A stretch of DNA of 64,000 nt, taken from IMG/VR virus record IMGVR_UViG_3300044675_006217; one strand, 5' to 3'. Source of the stretch: an uncultured virus (IMG/VR IMGVR_UViG_3300044675_006217) (taxonomy: Duplodnaviria > Heunggongvirae > Uroviricota > Caudoviricetes). The notes under the pieces are model-generated. The model searched no databases, had not been told where the DNA came from, and saw only the letters and a program-made list of their open reading frames with translations. A program made the position numbers and the translations under genes. Below are positions 19,301 through 28,998 of the stretch, one piece after another. The first letter of the stretch is position 1. Each line of letters opens with the position of its first letter.

Positions 19301-22300
19301 GCAACAAAAATACAAACAACATCATTATTGAATACTCCATATTTTGTTAATGCTTTAGTTCAAGGAGTTGAAAATCAAAAAACAAACGTTTCAGACCCTT
19401 ACGCTGCATTAGGTTATTTATATTTAAATTCATTACCTTTAATTACAACAAGAGAAAAAATTAAAAGTTTTGATGACACAAGTTCCGTGGCAACAGATTT
19501 AGATTATTTGGCGTCAACCTTTAACAAGTTTTCATCAATTCACCGATTACCATATGCGTGGGTTTTAAAATATGGAAGTATATGGCATAGGTACAAAAAA
19601 TTTATTCAAACAGGAAATGACATATTAGATAATACAATTTGGACCGATTTTGATTATTTAAAAAGTTATGACACAACAGGGACAACACCTAGCACAAATA
19701 GTAAATTAATTTTTCCATCATATACTGGCGGAACAACTCAAGTAGAAATTAAATTACAAAGTACAACAACACTAATACCAAATGTTAATCAAACGATGGA
19801 TAATGTCACTTTAGGGGTGTATCCTAAAGTAATTAATAATGTTTATCGATTTTTCTTTAACAAAGATTTGACCATTTTAAACACACCAACCTATCAGTCT
19901 TTTTTAGATGCGTATAATACAGTAGGTTTAAAAATAGGTACAAACTCAACTTCAGGAAAATTCTACAACTTTGGATTTGATTTACAAAATCCAAACAGAG
20001 CGTTTGTGAACAAAAATTACTACGCCTATTTTGATAATCCCGAAAGCAATCAAAAGTTTTTGTTAATCCCATCAACAGGGGGAATCAATATAAACCAAAT
20101 GAATTTTGAATGTTTTGATGCGACAAATAAAATTAAAGAAGAAGTTTTTAATAACAAGGCAGTTTATAATGGAAGTGTTAGACCACTTTGGGGTGTATCA
20201 CAGTTTGGTTATTTTAAAAATTCTTTAATTAAAAAACCAGCATTTAATGAATATTTAAAAGTTGTTTACACGAACAACAGTAAAAATTTAAGTTTCGAAT
20301 TAAAAAATGCACAATCAACATATTCTAATATAGAAGAAATATTTGCGGTATTTGAACCAGAAATTTTAGATAAGTTTGAAAATTTATTCTTAAACTTTTG
20401 TAACCCAACACCGGCAGTATCTGATTTAATTTTAAATGAAGAACAAACAAACTCTAACTATACTAATCCTGGTTCAGTTAGAAATGTGACAGAAAAACGA
20501 CTTTTCAATCAAATGGAATCCTTATTTATGGTGCCAAAAAATAGCGTGACATTACTAAACGATGAATCACAAGATGGTTTACTTTTGGCGGAAAAACAAA
20601 TATCTAACTTTTTTCCAAAAGTTGTAGATTTTTTAAATTTTGAATGTGTTCTTAAAATGGGTAACCCCGGTAATTTTAAACGAAGAGTTTTTAATTATAT
20701 AAGTAACAATCCTACATTCCAACCTTTAAACCCTTTAACTCTTAATCCATATATACCTGGTTCCTTACCTGGTGACGGAACAGTCGGTTCACCTACATTA
20801 GCAACAAGTATTGCAAACAACAGAGATGCGTGGAACTCTCTTAGAAAATATGTGGGAGTTTTTAACCAAACACCATTCCAATATACAGATACGGGGAGTG
20901 TAATTACAGATTTTTTTACGGCAAATAATGGAATGGATATTGAGTTTACAGAGGCAAACGTTGAAGCATTATTCCCACTAATTAGATTATTTGCAAAACA
21001 AAAATCTGAAGATGCAACTTTAAATAAATTAAAATTCCAACAAGCAATTAATAATTTTTTATTACAACAACAAAATTTTAATGCTGAAAATTTAACACAG
21101 ACTTTCAATAGATTGAATACTGATTTACCTACAACAACAACTAACACAACAACAATCAAAAATACAACTTCAGGTAATGTTAATAAGTTAGATACATATT
21201 CCATTTTAAAAACAATGAATGATAAATGGATTTCTGGTACTGATTTTTTAAATAAAACAATATTTGAAGATTTTTTATTTCAAGACAAGGCTGGTAGAGA
21301 TATTGGTGATGAGTTTACAATTGACTTAGAAAAAATCAAAGGTTATTTAAAATCAAACGACAACCAAAATTATTTATCATTAATATCTCAAATATGTTCG
21401 CAAAACAACATGGTTTTCTTTGCTTTACCAGCATACGTTAATTTTTACGGTATACAGCAGGCGGTGGCGAAAAGTACACCATTACCTGTGGATGCAACTG
21501 AAACATTGTTTGGAACTTTTTTGGATGTTGATTATTTAAAGGCATCTCCAAAATTTTTATTACTTTATACAGGTAAACCGTCAGAGTTTGTTGCAAGTAA
21601 TTCTTCATTTTCAAAGTTTGCAAGTGATACATTTGATATAAGAAAATCTTCAGACAACCCATTAAGAGTACCATCTAACCCCGAGGAAGACTACTCTAAA
21701 AAAAATAGAGTAGTAGGTTTTAGCGTTGATTACGGAACTCAAAACCAAAGTATTTTTAAAAGTGTTAAAGTAGATATGTCTGAAAAGAAAAACACTGCAG
21801 AATCAAATAAAATGTTTGCACAATTAGGAGCATCTGTTTCAGGAGACAAAGTGGCTCAACAATCCGTTTCACTTTATAGTATATATAAAAGTAGAAGTTA
21901 TAATGTTGAAATAGAAATGATGGGTAATGCCATGATTCAACCGACTATGTACTTCAACTTAAGACATGTACCATTATTCTATGGACCTTACATGGTTTTA
22001 TCACTATCACATAGAATTACTCAAACTAGTTTTTCCACAACTTTTTCAGGTCCAAGAATATCAAGATATAGTTTACCACAACCAAATAGTCTATTAGACA
22101 CAGTCAATCAAAATTATATAAACGCATACAAAGAATTGATATTAAAAGAAGTTAAGACAACTGAACCAATTACAAATGTAAACACACAACAAGGTACGGT
22201 ACAACCTGGCGCGTTACAAAGTCCTGAAAATATTTGTCTTTCTGCGACGACGTTTACAACTACACCATTTGTTGGAATTAATATAACACCAATAACGGTT

Positions 22301-22882
22301 GAAGATTTAAAAACTTTATTAACGACAAATATTCCAGCGGCCCAAGAAAAATTACGACCTCTTTATTTTGGTATTGCATTTACTAGAATAAATAATAAAA
22401 TTGACCAAGTTGTTTGTAATCCACCAAATTATAATCTATATGAAATATCAACTTCAAACAACTATACTGCAGATTTAAATGCTCTTATATCCCAACAAGT
22501 GTGTTTAACAACGGCATTAGAAAATGATACATCATCTAGACCTTATGCATCGTTCTCAGACTTTGTAGTACCAACACAATTTATACATGCTCAAGTTCAA
22601 AGTTTTTTACCTATTATAGAACAACTAAAAACTTTCAGTACAAATACCACAGATGTTGAAAAATATGCAGAAGCCTATACGTTATTTACTTTATTTTGGT
22701 TTGAAGGAAGATTTGTTAGTCCTGGAGGTGGAGTAGGTGCCTACGTTAATTTACCAAGTACAACCAATGATTTTATAACTAGAAAAAATGACAAAGTAAA
22801 TTCGTCGTTCCCCGACATACAAGATATTTATAATAGATATTTTGTCCAATTTAAAAATAGTTATGGTATATTTTTCCCATAA
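16307..22882 (+). CDS. Giant baseplate hub protein (gp27/gpD-like, expanded)
   Basis: 2191 aa after the LysM-like gene; N-terminal LGITEITV...VTIQMED..G.ALF and C-terminal VEIEMMGNAMIQP..YF...GPY.V..LSHRI....FSTTFSG fit hub-type proteins. Confidence 0.55.
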   Translation: MAVNDPTKFRQIYNKENKILVEADYDNIILIDPNKVVDADNNVKDRYVQQENLVFYANLETQIIPRTKLAIGDSFDNPVYNSQIASLSTFPEDLKLNFLRPKGKKAFDTSWSDEFTGRGVRQGQGINQNSEYQINQDGNAVFKQKVLNYEDTQTLGITEITVDVTPANVTNVTIQMEDIRGRALFEQGDNSLYSVFFNLPYPPFFLTLKGYYGKAIRYQLSLTDFNASFEASSGNFKITLKLLSRNSAILADSIIGYARNSPKMFQTETVVTQSTSNSSNNGVNTNNSTTVVESVGLQKMREAYSIYKSKGLITPDFPEITLEEFIARIENLPTALADALKKADFTVMNDVADFQTNLNKLRNEVYANSITDFLDTSEKLYKGQIYYPYLENISFADRAKYKQRVETAINNYVTLLKNNKSFGTGGQYKLPDKGNIPGEIPIKFSINDIFEEIDYNTLTDADFRETYVVNFGTNPTDNQLNKSIADFKSLNPNFLLDTLTNTVVNDFPQYYKFGDKVGSSNNYIANSFLDKIQKINDELNKKNVEIEKSLTQFLSDQVVNGPNVLGFLPTIRNVMAVLFAGLDGFYRLMEDTHTSAWNQRTNPIRLESIIPASKNFGVDSKNLVNGTNQLNDLNVVYPWPQYFLKEAQKDGSELYVIKYPGDSSVINTTKGFDSVVWPEVAFTEEYINAIAQKTTPKSANVYNNPASLSKVLSINAVEFPFKTTPYVNTQEQSYLYEIFERSYLGAYYAKLNRNGYNQEQIPVFLGNLEAENIKQTVQSNLALTKILKEFSFTYVNFLQTLRKISNNGTGTRWTLYSDSVFTTEYIKNLLELNDGTQNVDVYNEVYSIDTLSNSSIAIDGNVPLPDSIKNFINGMPATDTYFLDNYPITNVNWLKSNLQGGDSISSINDFNKTSSYVYLDEKKTIARVNETENTKNINVFVSKYEFKNFTQPFMTNLNTSVPVNSQTSLSNFYSTRKEKDLYFTESIFDYGNEYSGQVATKIQTTSLLNTPYFVNALVQGVENQKTNVSDPYAALGYLYLNSLPLITTREKIKSFDDTSSVATDLDYLASTFNKFSSIHRLPYAWVLKYGSIWHRYKKFIQTGNDILDNTIWTDFDYLKSYDTTGTTPSTNSKLIFPSYTGGTTQVEIKLQSTTTLIPNVNQTMDNVTLGVYPKVINNVYRFFFNKDLTILNTPTYQSFLDAYNTVGLKIGTNSTSGKFYNFGFDLQNPNRAFVNKNYYAYFDNPESNQKFLLIPSTGGININQMNFECFDATNKIKEEVFNNKAVYNGSVRPLWGVSQFGYFKNSLIKKPAFNEYLKVVYTNNSKNLSFELKNAQSTYSNIEEIFAVFEPEILDKFENLFLNFCNPTPAVSDLILNEEQTNSNYTNPGSVRNVTEKRLFNQMESLFMVPKNSVTLLNDESQDGLLLAEKQISNFFPKVVDFLNFECVLKMGNPGNFKRRVFNYISNNPTFQPLNPLTLNPYIPGSLPGDGTVGSPTLATSIANNRDAWNSLRKYVGVFNQTPFQYTDTGSVITDFFTANNGMDIEFTEANVEALFPLIRLFAKQKSEDATLNKLKFQQAINNFLLQQQNFNAENLTQTFNRLNTDLPTTTTNTTTIKNTTSGNVNKLDTYSILKTMNDKWISGTDFLNKTIFEDFLFQDKAGRDIGDEFTIDLEKIKGYLKSNDNQNYLSLISQICSQNNMVFFALPAYVNFYGIQQAVAKSTPLPVDATETLFGTFLDVDYLKASPKFLLLYTGKPSEFVASNSSFSKFASDTFDIRKSSDNPLRVPSNPEEDYSKKNRVVGFSVDYGTQNQSIFKSVKVDMSEKKNTAESNKMFAQLGASVSGDKVAQQSVSLYSIYKSRSYNVEIEMMGNAMIQPTMYFNLRHVPLFYGPYMVLSLSHRITQTSFSTTFSGPRISRYSLPQPNSLLDTVNQNYINAYKELILKEVKTTEPITNVNTQQGTVQPGALQSPENICLSATTFTTTPFVGINITPITVEDLKTLLTTNIPAAQEKLRPLYFGIAFTRINNKIDQVVCNPPNYNLYEISTSNNYTADLNALISQQVCLTTALENDTSSRPYASFSDFVVPTQFIHAQVQSFLPIIEQLKTFSTNTTDVEKYAEAYTLFTLFWFEGRFVSPGGGVGAYVNLPSTTNDFITRKNDKVNSSFPDIQDIYNRYFVQFKNSYGIFFP

Positions 22883-22906
22883 CATAATATTTATATAAAA
22901 AAAACT

Positions 22907-23131
22907 ATGGAAATAAAAATGTTATTAGATAATTATCTAAGAAAAGATACAAAAATTACACAAAGAGATAAGGGTAATGGGTATCAAGAAGTTTGTGATT
23001 TGGAAACTGGTGATTGTTATACAATTAGAATGAAAGATGGTCTAATTGAAAGAGTTGACAATACTATGAAAACAAATAGAACATTAAAAGTCGAAACTCC
23101 ACAAGGGGTTAAAACATTATTAAATGGGTAA
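22907..23131 (+). CDS. Hypothetical protein
   Basis: 74 aa, preceded by TATTTATA (22888-22895). Confidence 0.6.
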   Translation: MEIKMLLDNYLRKDTKITQRDKGNGYQEVCDLETGDCYTIRMKDGLIERVDNTMKTNRTLKVETPQGVKTLLNG

Positions 23132-23133
23132 AA

Positions 23134-23814
23134 ATGAGTATAGAAAGACAAATTTTAGAAGAGTTAAAACGTTTTAACCAAATTACAGGATATATTAATG
23201 AACAAGAAGTTGCACCACCAGCACCTGACGCAGCAGGAGCTCCACCCGCACCTGACGCAGGAGCACCCGCGCCTGATGCAGGAGCAACACCACCAGCACC
23301 TGACGCAGGAGCACCCACACCTGATGCAGGAGGCGCCGACGCAATACCCGAACCTGTAGATGTTGAGTCAGACCCTGATGTTGAAGAAGTTGATACAAAA
23401 AAAGATGAAGAAGAAGGAACTGAAGAAATAGATATTACAGATTTAGTAACAACACAAGAAGAAATTAAAACAAAACAAGAAGAGTTCATGGATAGTATGT
23501 TTTCTAAATTGAATGATTTAGAAACAAAATTAAATCAGATGGACCAAATAATGTCAAAAATTGATTCAATCGAAAGTAAAGTAGAAAAAAGTAGACCTAA
23601 GTCACCTGAAGAAAAATTGATGTTACGTTCACTTGATTCTTATCCTTATAATCAAAAATTGACAGATTATTTTGAAGACAAAAAAGAAGACTTTGAAAAA
23701 CAAGGGAAAGAAGAATATATCTTAACTTCAGATGAGGTTGAAAACTATTCACCTAATGAAGTTAAAAAAACATTTGGTATTTTTGACCAAGATGATGATG
23801 AAAATACTTACTAA
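23134..23814 (+). CDS. Acidic Pro/Ala-rich coiled-coil protein (possible internal head protein)
   Basis: 226 aa; leader ending YINE, APDAG repeats, acidic tract, coiled coil. Confidence 0.6.
   Translation: MSIERQILEELKRFNQITGYINEQEVAPPAPDAAGAPPAPDAGAPAPDAGATPPAPDAGAPTPDAGGADAIPEPVDVESDPDVEEVDTKKDEEEGTEEIDITDLVTTQEEIKTKQEEFMDSMFSKLNDLETKLNQMDQIMSKIDSIESKVEKSRPKSPEEKLMLRSLDSYPYNQKLTDYFEDKKEDFEKQGKEEYILTSDEVENYSPNEVKKTFGIFDQDDDENTY
23212..23336 (+). repeat. Coding tandem repeat (A/T)PDA(A)G
   Basis: About 5 copies of the (g/a)cacctga(c/t)gcag unit within the CDS. Confidence 0.8.
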
Positions 23815-23838
23815 TTATTTTTCATAATTATATTTTTG

Positions 23839-23868
23839 AGGGAAGAATTATCTTCCCTTTTTTATTTG
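23839..23868 (+). terminator. Intrinsic terminator ending the structural block
   Basis: AGGGAAGA-atta-TCTTCCCT followed by TTTTT. Confidence 0.75.
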
Positions 23869-23895
23869 ACAAAAACGAAAGTTCACTTATATTTT
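23865..23895 (+). promoter_or_regulatory. Host-RNAP-type promoter for the replication block
   Basis: TTTG(ACA)-N19-TATATTTT; resembles Bacteroidota -33/-7 elements and also sigma70 TTGACA-N16-TATATT. Confidence 0.6.
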
Positions 23896-23930
23896 TCATA
23901 GATAAAAGAGTAATAATTAAAAATTTATTT

Positions 23931-24785
23931 ATGGCAAATTCAGTATTAGATTCAGTACTTGCTCAGTACGAAAAAAATTCAACATCGAGCAACAGCACAA
24001 AAACAAACATTTCTCAAGAAGACAGATTGAAGAAATATTTTTCCGCAATTCTTCAAAAGAATGAAAAATCCGCATCACGAAGAATCCGTATCTTACCTAC
24101 AAAAGATGGTTCATCACCATTTGTTGAAGTTTGGTACCATGAAATCCAAGTAAACGGACAGTGGGTTAAGTTGTATGACCCCGAGAAAAACGACAACGAC
24201 CGTTCACCATTAACTGAAGTTTATAACGAATTAATTTCGACAGGTAAAAAAGAAGACAAAGAATTGGCATCACAATACCGTTCACGTTTATTTTACATTG
24301 TAAAAGTTATTGACCGAGACAATGAACAAGATGGTGTTAAGTTTTGGAGATTCAAACACAACTACAAACAAGAAGGTGTTTTAGATAAAATCCTACCTAT
24401 TTGGAAAGCTAAAGGTGATGTAACTAATGCCGAAAAAGGTCGTGATTTAATTATTGAACTTACAAAGGCAAAAACACCACAAGGAAAAGAGTACACAGTA
24501 ATCCAAACTATTATGTATGATGACCCACAACCACTACATGAGGATAAGGCAATCATGGAAGGATGGATTCAAGATGAATTAACATGGAATGATGTATATT
24601 CTAAAAAACCTGTAGAATATTTAGAGGCAGTTGCAGTTGGTGAAACACCAATGTGGTCATCTGAACTTAAAAAATATGTTTACGGTGAAGCTGCTGAAAT
24701 TTCACTTGGAGGTTCAAAACAAGAAACAACACCTGTTGTTGACCCACAAGCAAACGAAGAACCATCAGAAGATTTACCATTCTAA
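23931..24785 (+). CDS. Single-stranded DNA-binding protein (T4 gp32-like)
   Basis: IRILP...PFVEVWYH, YIVKVIDR, GVKFWRF, GRDLII, acidic C-terminus EDLPF. Confidence 0.8.
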   Translation: MANSVLDSVLAQYEKNSTSSNSTKTNISQEDRLKKYFSAILQKNEKSASRRIRILPTKDGSSPFVEVWYHEIQVNGQWVKLYDPEKNDNDRSPLTEVYNELISTGKKEDKELASQYRSRLFYIVKVIDRDNEQDGVKFWRFKHNYKQEGVLDKILPIWKAKGDVTNAEKGRDLIIELTKAKTPQGKEYTVIQTIMYDDPQPLHEDKAIMEGWIQDELTWNDVYSKKPVEYLEAVAVGETPMWSSELKKYVYGEAAEISLGGSKQETTPVVDPQANEEPSEDLPF

Positions 24786-24799
24786 ATCAAAAAAAACAT

Positions 24800-24832
24800 A
24801 ATCGGGCTTTACACCTAAGCCCGATTTTTATT
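24800..24832 (+). terminator. Intrinsic terminator after the SSB gene
   Basis: AATCGGGCTT-tacacct-AAGCCCGATT followed by TTTATT. Confidence 0.75.
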
Positions 24833-24851
24833 AACTTTAAAAAATTAAAAA

Positions 24852-25073
24852 ATGAACACATTTTTAGCAGAAAAATTAAAAGATGCTCTTGTGAAAAAAT
24901 ACGAGTCTGAAATTGCAGATGCTGAGGCAAGATTATATGTATATTTTACAAACCCTGTAGGAATTGGTGAGCACCCACAACACACCGAAGAAATGGATAA
25001 TTTGGTTGAACAACTAACTAACGCAAACGACAAGTTGGAAACTATTAAAAACTTTAAAATTTACGAACTGTAA
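24852..25073 (+). CDS. Small phage hypothetical protein (NPVGIGEH motif)
   Basis: 73-aa helical hairpin; motif recalled from T4-like phage hypotheticals; TAATG overlap with the recombinase gene. Confidence 0.6.
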   Translation: MNTFLAEKLKDALVKKYESEIADAEARLYVYFTNPVGIGEHPQHTEEMDNLVEQLTNANDKLETIKNFKIYEL

Positions 25074-26080
25074 TGGCTATTAAGAAGAATGACTTTGGGT
25101 CTTTGAAAAAAAAGTTTTCCACATCTGCAAAATATAAACCACAAAGATTCTTTGACCTTGGTGCTCCGTTTTTGGATGCTGTTGGTCTACCTGGTCCTGC
25201 TATGGGACACATCAATATGTTCTTAGGACATTCAGACACAGGTAAGACAACGGCACTAGTTAAAACTGCGGTTGATGCTCAGAAGAAAGGTATTTTACCT
25301 GTATTTATCATCACCGAACAAAAATGGTCGTTTGACCACGCTAAGTTAATGGGGTTTGAATGTGAGGAAGTTGTTGATACAGAAACTGGAGAATTAGAGT
25401 GGGACGGGTTTTATATATTCAATAATAACTTTGATTATATTGAACAAATCACAGATTACATCAATGATTTATTAGACGCACAAGAAAAGGGTGATTTAGA
25501 TTATTCATTGTGTATTATGTGGGACTCAGTAGGTTCTGTTCCTTGTAAAATGACTTACGAAGGTAAAGGAGGTAAACAACACAATGCAAGTGTTTTGGCC
25601 GACAAGATTGGTATGGGTATTAACCAACGTATTTCAGGTTCACGTAAAGCAGACTCTAAATACGAAAACACCCTAATAATTGTTAATCAACCTTGGGTTG
25701 AATTACCTGACAATCCATTTGGACAGCCTAAAATTAAGGCAAAAGGTGGTGAGGCGATTTGGTTGAACTCTTCATTAGTATTCTTATTTGGAAATCAAAA
25801 AGGAGCTGGTACAACAAAAATTACAGCAACTAAAGATAAGAGAACTGTGAAGTTTGCATCAAGAACTAAGGTGTCTGTTATGAAAAATCACATCAACGGA
25901 CTTGGTTTTGAAGATGGGAAGATTATCGTAACACCACACGGGTTCTTACCAGGAAAAGAAGCTTCCGAAGAAAAGGCATCAATCGAACAATACAAAAAAG
26001 AATATGCCGAGTATTGGAAGGAAATAATCGGAGTTGATGGTGACTTTGATTTGAAAGCAGAAAAAGAAGAAGTAGAGTAG
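25073..26080 (+). CDS. RecA/UvsX-like recombinase
   Basis: Walker A GHSDTGKTT, Walker B IMWDSVG, IIVNQ, KAKGG. Confidence 0.9.
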   Translation: MAIKKNDFGSLKKKFSTSAKYKPQRFFDLGAPFLDAVGLPGPAMGHINMFLGHSDTGKTTALVKTAVDAQKKGILPVFIITEQKWSFDHAKLMGFECEEVVDTETGELEWDGFYIFNNNFDYIEQITDYINDLLDAQEKGDLDYSLCIMWDSVGSVPCKMTYEGKGGKQHNASVLADKIGMGINQRISGSRKADSKYENTLIIVNQPWVELPDNPFGQPKIKAKGGEAIWLNSSLVFLFGNQKGAGTTKITATKDKRTVKFASRTKVSVMKNHINGLGFEDGKIIVTPHGFLPGKEASEEKASIEQYKKEYAEYWKEIIGVDGDFDLKAEKEEVE

Positions 26081-26101
26081 TAACAATTAAAAACAAAAAA
26101 A

Positions 26102-27109
26102 GTGACAAAAACCTTATTGGTTGATGGAAACAATTTGATGAAAATTGGTTTTCATGGAGTGAAAGATTATTTCCACAAAGGAAAACATATTGGGGCCATT
26201 TGGCACTTTTTGAATACTTTAAGAAAGTTTTTAGAGGAGAACAACTATAATAAAGTTGTAGTATTTTGGGATAGTGACACGAACTCATCACAGAGAAGGT
26301 TGATATACCCCAAGTATAAATTAAACCGTAGAAACGATTCTAATGAGATTAAACAAGATTCTTATGAAGAACAAAAACAACGAGTTAAACAATATCTTGA
26401 AGAGATGTTTGTTAGACAACTTGAAGTTGAAAATTCAGAAGCGGATGATTTAATTGCGTATTACTGTCAAATTTCTGAAGACGAGAATAAAACAATTTTC
26501 TCAAGTGATAGAGACCTTACACAACTTATATCTGAAAAGGTTTCTATCTATTCACCATCCACAAAAAGATATTATAAGATGGGGGATACTATCAAAATGA
26601 GTGATTTTGAAGTTCCCCATTATAATGTCAAAACAATTAAAATCCTTACAGGCGATTCATCTGATAATATCGACGGTATTTTTTATTTAGGTGAAAAGAC
26701 TTTAATTAAGTTTTTTCCTGAGCTACTTGAAAAAGAAGTGGAATTATCCGATATTTTATCGAAAGGGGAGGAACTCCTTAAAGAAAATAAAGACAACAAA
26801 TCATTACAAAATCTTTTGTCTGGTAAAACAAAAGAAGGTATATTTGGTGATGAATATTATGTGATTAATAAAAAACTAATTGATTTAGATAAACCACTAA
26901 TAAATCAAGAAGGTAAAGATTTGGTTAGGGCATATTATTCAGAATCATTGGACCCTGACGGTAGGGGATACAAAAACCTAATACGTATGATGATGGAAGA
27001 CGGGTTATTTAAGTACCTACCAAAAACAGATGATAATTGGATTTATTTTTTAAAACCATTTTTAAAGTTAACAAGAAAAGAAAAAACAAAATTTAAAACA
27101 AAAAACTAA
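26102..27109 (+). CDS. 5'-3' exonuclease / flap endonuclease (PolA N-terminal, T4 RNase H-like)
   Basis: GTG start; LLVDGNN, YKLNR, EADDLIA, SSDRDLTQL, LTGDSSDNIDG. Confidence 0.9.
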   Translation: MTKTLLVDGNNLMKIGFHGVKDYFHKGKHIGAIWHFLNTLRKFLEENNYNKVVVFWDSDTNSSQRRLIYPKYKLNRRNDSNEIKQDSYEEQKQRVKQYLEEMFVRQLEVENSEADDLIAYYCQISEDENKTIFSSDRDLTQLISEKVSIYSPSTKRYYKMGDTIKMSDFEVPHYNVKTIKILTGDSSDNIDGIFYLGEKTLIKFFPELLEKEVELSDILSKGEELLKENKDNKSLQNLLSGKTKEGIFGDEYYVINKKLIDLDKPLINQEGKDLVRAYYSESLDPDGRGYKNLIRMMMEDGLFKYLPKTDDNWIYFLKPFLKLTRKEKTKFKTKN

Positions 27110-27113
27110 AATT

Positions 27114-27566
27114 ATGAAAGAAAATCAGGACATTACTAAAGTTGAATTTCTAATTACATTAAATGACAACTTCGTTGTACAACGTTTTTTCAATGTAAGA
27201 AACATTAACCAAAAGGCTAAAAATAGTATTGAGTTATTGAACTACATGAAATCATTGTCAGAAGAGTTAAAAACAAAACTAAGAAACAAATCAGTTTTCT
27301 ATATGTTGGAAAATCGGTTCCAAATTGAAGAAGACCCATCTATCTTAGACACATCAAATACTGATGGTCCGGAAGTTTTTAATTTGATTATTCGAATTGG
27401 AAATGAGACAATTTGTCATACCATCATCGACGCTAAAGTATACCCACCAAAGGCTAGATATACCCTGGATATACGACCAACGATAAAAACGATATTAAAA
27501 GACTTAACTGACATTTTTTCAGATAAAAATTTATCTTATAATTACCTTAATTATTCGTTGGCTTAG
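27114..27566 (+). CDS. Hypothetical protein
   Basis: 150-aa ORF tightly packed within the operon. Confidence 0.65.
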   Translation: MKENQDITKVEFLITLNDNFVVQRFFNVRNINQKAKNSIELLNYMKSLSEELKTKLRNKSVFYMLENRFQIEEDPSILDTSNTDGPEVFNLIIRIGNETICHTIIDAKVYPPKARYTLDIRPTIKTILKDLTDIFSDKNLSYNYLNYSLA

Positions 27567-27604
27567 TCATATTTATCATATACAAAGAAAAAAAAATACA
27601 GAAT

Positions 27605-28984
27605 ATGTCAGACAAAAAAAACTTCGGATACTTAGGAAATACTTTTCAAATTCAATTATTAAACAATATTATTTTATATAAAGATTTCTCAAATTCCATT
27701 CTTGAAGTTATTGACCCACACTATTTTGACAACCAATATTTTCGTATTATTTGTCAAATGATTAAGGAGTTCTATTCAAAGTATGAACATACTCCAACAT
27801 TTGATACATTAGAACAACTTACAAAGTCAGAAATATCTTCTCCGATGGCTCAAAAGAGCGTTTTGGATACATTACAACAAGTAAAAGATGTGTCTGATGA
27901 CGGTTCATTATTTGTTCAAGAAAAGTCATTAAAATTCTGTAAACAACAAGAATTACAGAAGGTTATGACTAAAGCACAATCAATTATCGATAAGGGTGAT
28001 TTTGAAAGTTATGACCACTTAGAAGAAATGGTAAGAGGAGCATTACAAGTTGGTGAGGTCGATAAAGGAACAACCGACGTTTTCTTCAACCTTGAAGAGG
28101 TTCTAAACGACGATTACAGACACCCAATTCCAATTGGGGTTGCGGGTATTGACAACCTATTGAAAGGTGGTTTAGCTAAGGGAGAGATTGGTGTTATTTT
28201 GGCACCAACGGGTGTTGGTAAGTCAACTTTCACTACAAAAATTGCAAACCACGCATTCAACTTGGGATACAACGTTCTTCAAATATTTTTTGAAGACAAC
28301 CCAAAAATTATCCAAAGAAAACACTTTACGCTTTGGACCGGGATTCATCCTGATGACATGTCTGAATATAGAGATGAAGTTATGGCGAAGGTAAAACACA
28401 TTAAGGAAACTATGAAAAATAAGTTAATTATTAAAAAACTACCTTCCGATACTGTGACTATGAATCAAATCAAAAATCAGGTTAGAAAGATGATGGCTGA
28501 AGGAACTAGAGTCGATATGATTATTTTAGATTACATTGACTGTGTTGTTCCTGACAAAATGTTGGGTGATGAATGGAAAAGTGAAGGTTCAGTAATGAGA
28601 GGGTTTGAGGCTATGTGTCATGAGTTGGACATCGCAGGTTGGACCGCAACACAAGGAAATCGTAATTCGATTTCGTCAGAAGTGGTTACAACAGACCAAA
28701 TGGGTGGGTCAATTAAAAAGGCTCAGGTAGGTCACGTAATCATTACAGTGGCCAAGAGTCTACAACAGAAAGAAATGAATTTGGCAACAATCGCCATTAC
28801 CAAATCAAGAATTGGTAAAGACGGTGTTGTTTTTGAAAACTGTAAATTTGACAACGGAATGTTAGAAATAGACACAGAACAAAGTATGACTTTCTTAGGT
28901 TTGGAAGAACAAAAAGAAGAAAGAAACAAAAATAGAATCAAAGAGCTTTTAGAAAAGAAAAAGCAAAAAGAACAACAATCTTAA
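27605..28984 (+). CDS. Replicative DnaB-like (gp41-like) helicase
   Basis: Walker A APTGVGKS, ILDYID, WTATQGNR, KSRIG. Confidence 0.92.
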   Translation: MSDKKNFGYLGNTFQIQLLNNIILYKDFSNSILEVIDPHYFDNQYFRIICQMIKEFYSKYEHTPTFDTLEQLTKSEISSPMAQKSVLDTLQQVKDVSDDGSLFVQEKSLKFCKQQELQKVMTKAQSIIDKGDFESYDHLEEMVRGALQVGEVDKGTTDVFFNLEEVLNDDYRHPIPIGVAGIDNLLKGGLAKGEIGVILAPTGVGKSTFTTKIANHAFNLGYNVLQIFFEDNPKIIQRKHFTLWTGIHPDDMSEYRDEVMAKVKHIKETMKNKLIIKKLPSDTVTMNQIKNQVRKMMAEGTRVDMIILDYIDCVVPDKMLGDEWKSEGSVMRGFEAMCHELDIAGWTATQGNRNSISSEVVTTDQMGGSIKKAQVGHVIITVAKSLQQKEMNLATIAITKSRIGKDGVVFENCKFDNGMLEIDTEQSMTFLGLEEQKEERNKNRIKELLEKKKQKEQQS

Positions 28985-28998
28985 ATTAATTAAAAATT

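Noticed and set aside
23109..23489. Minus-strand Gly/Ala-rich ORFs
   Set aside because: Antisense shadows of the APDAG repeat gene.
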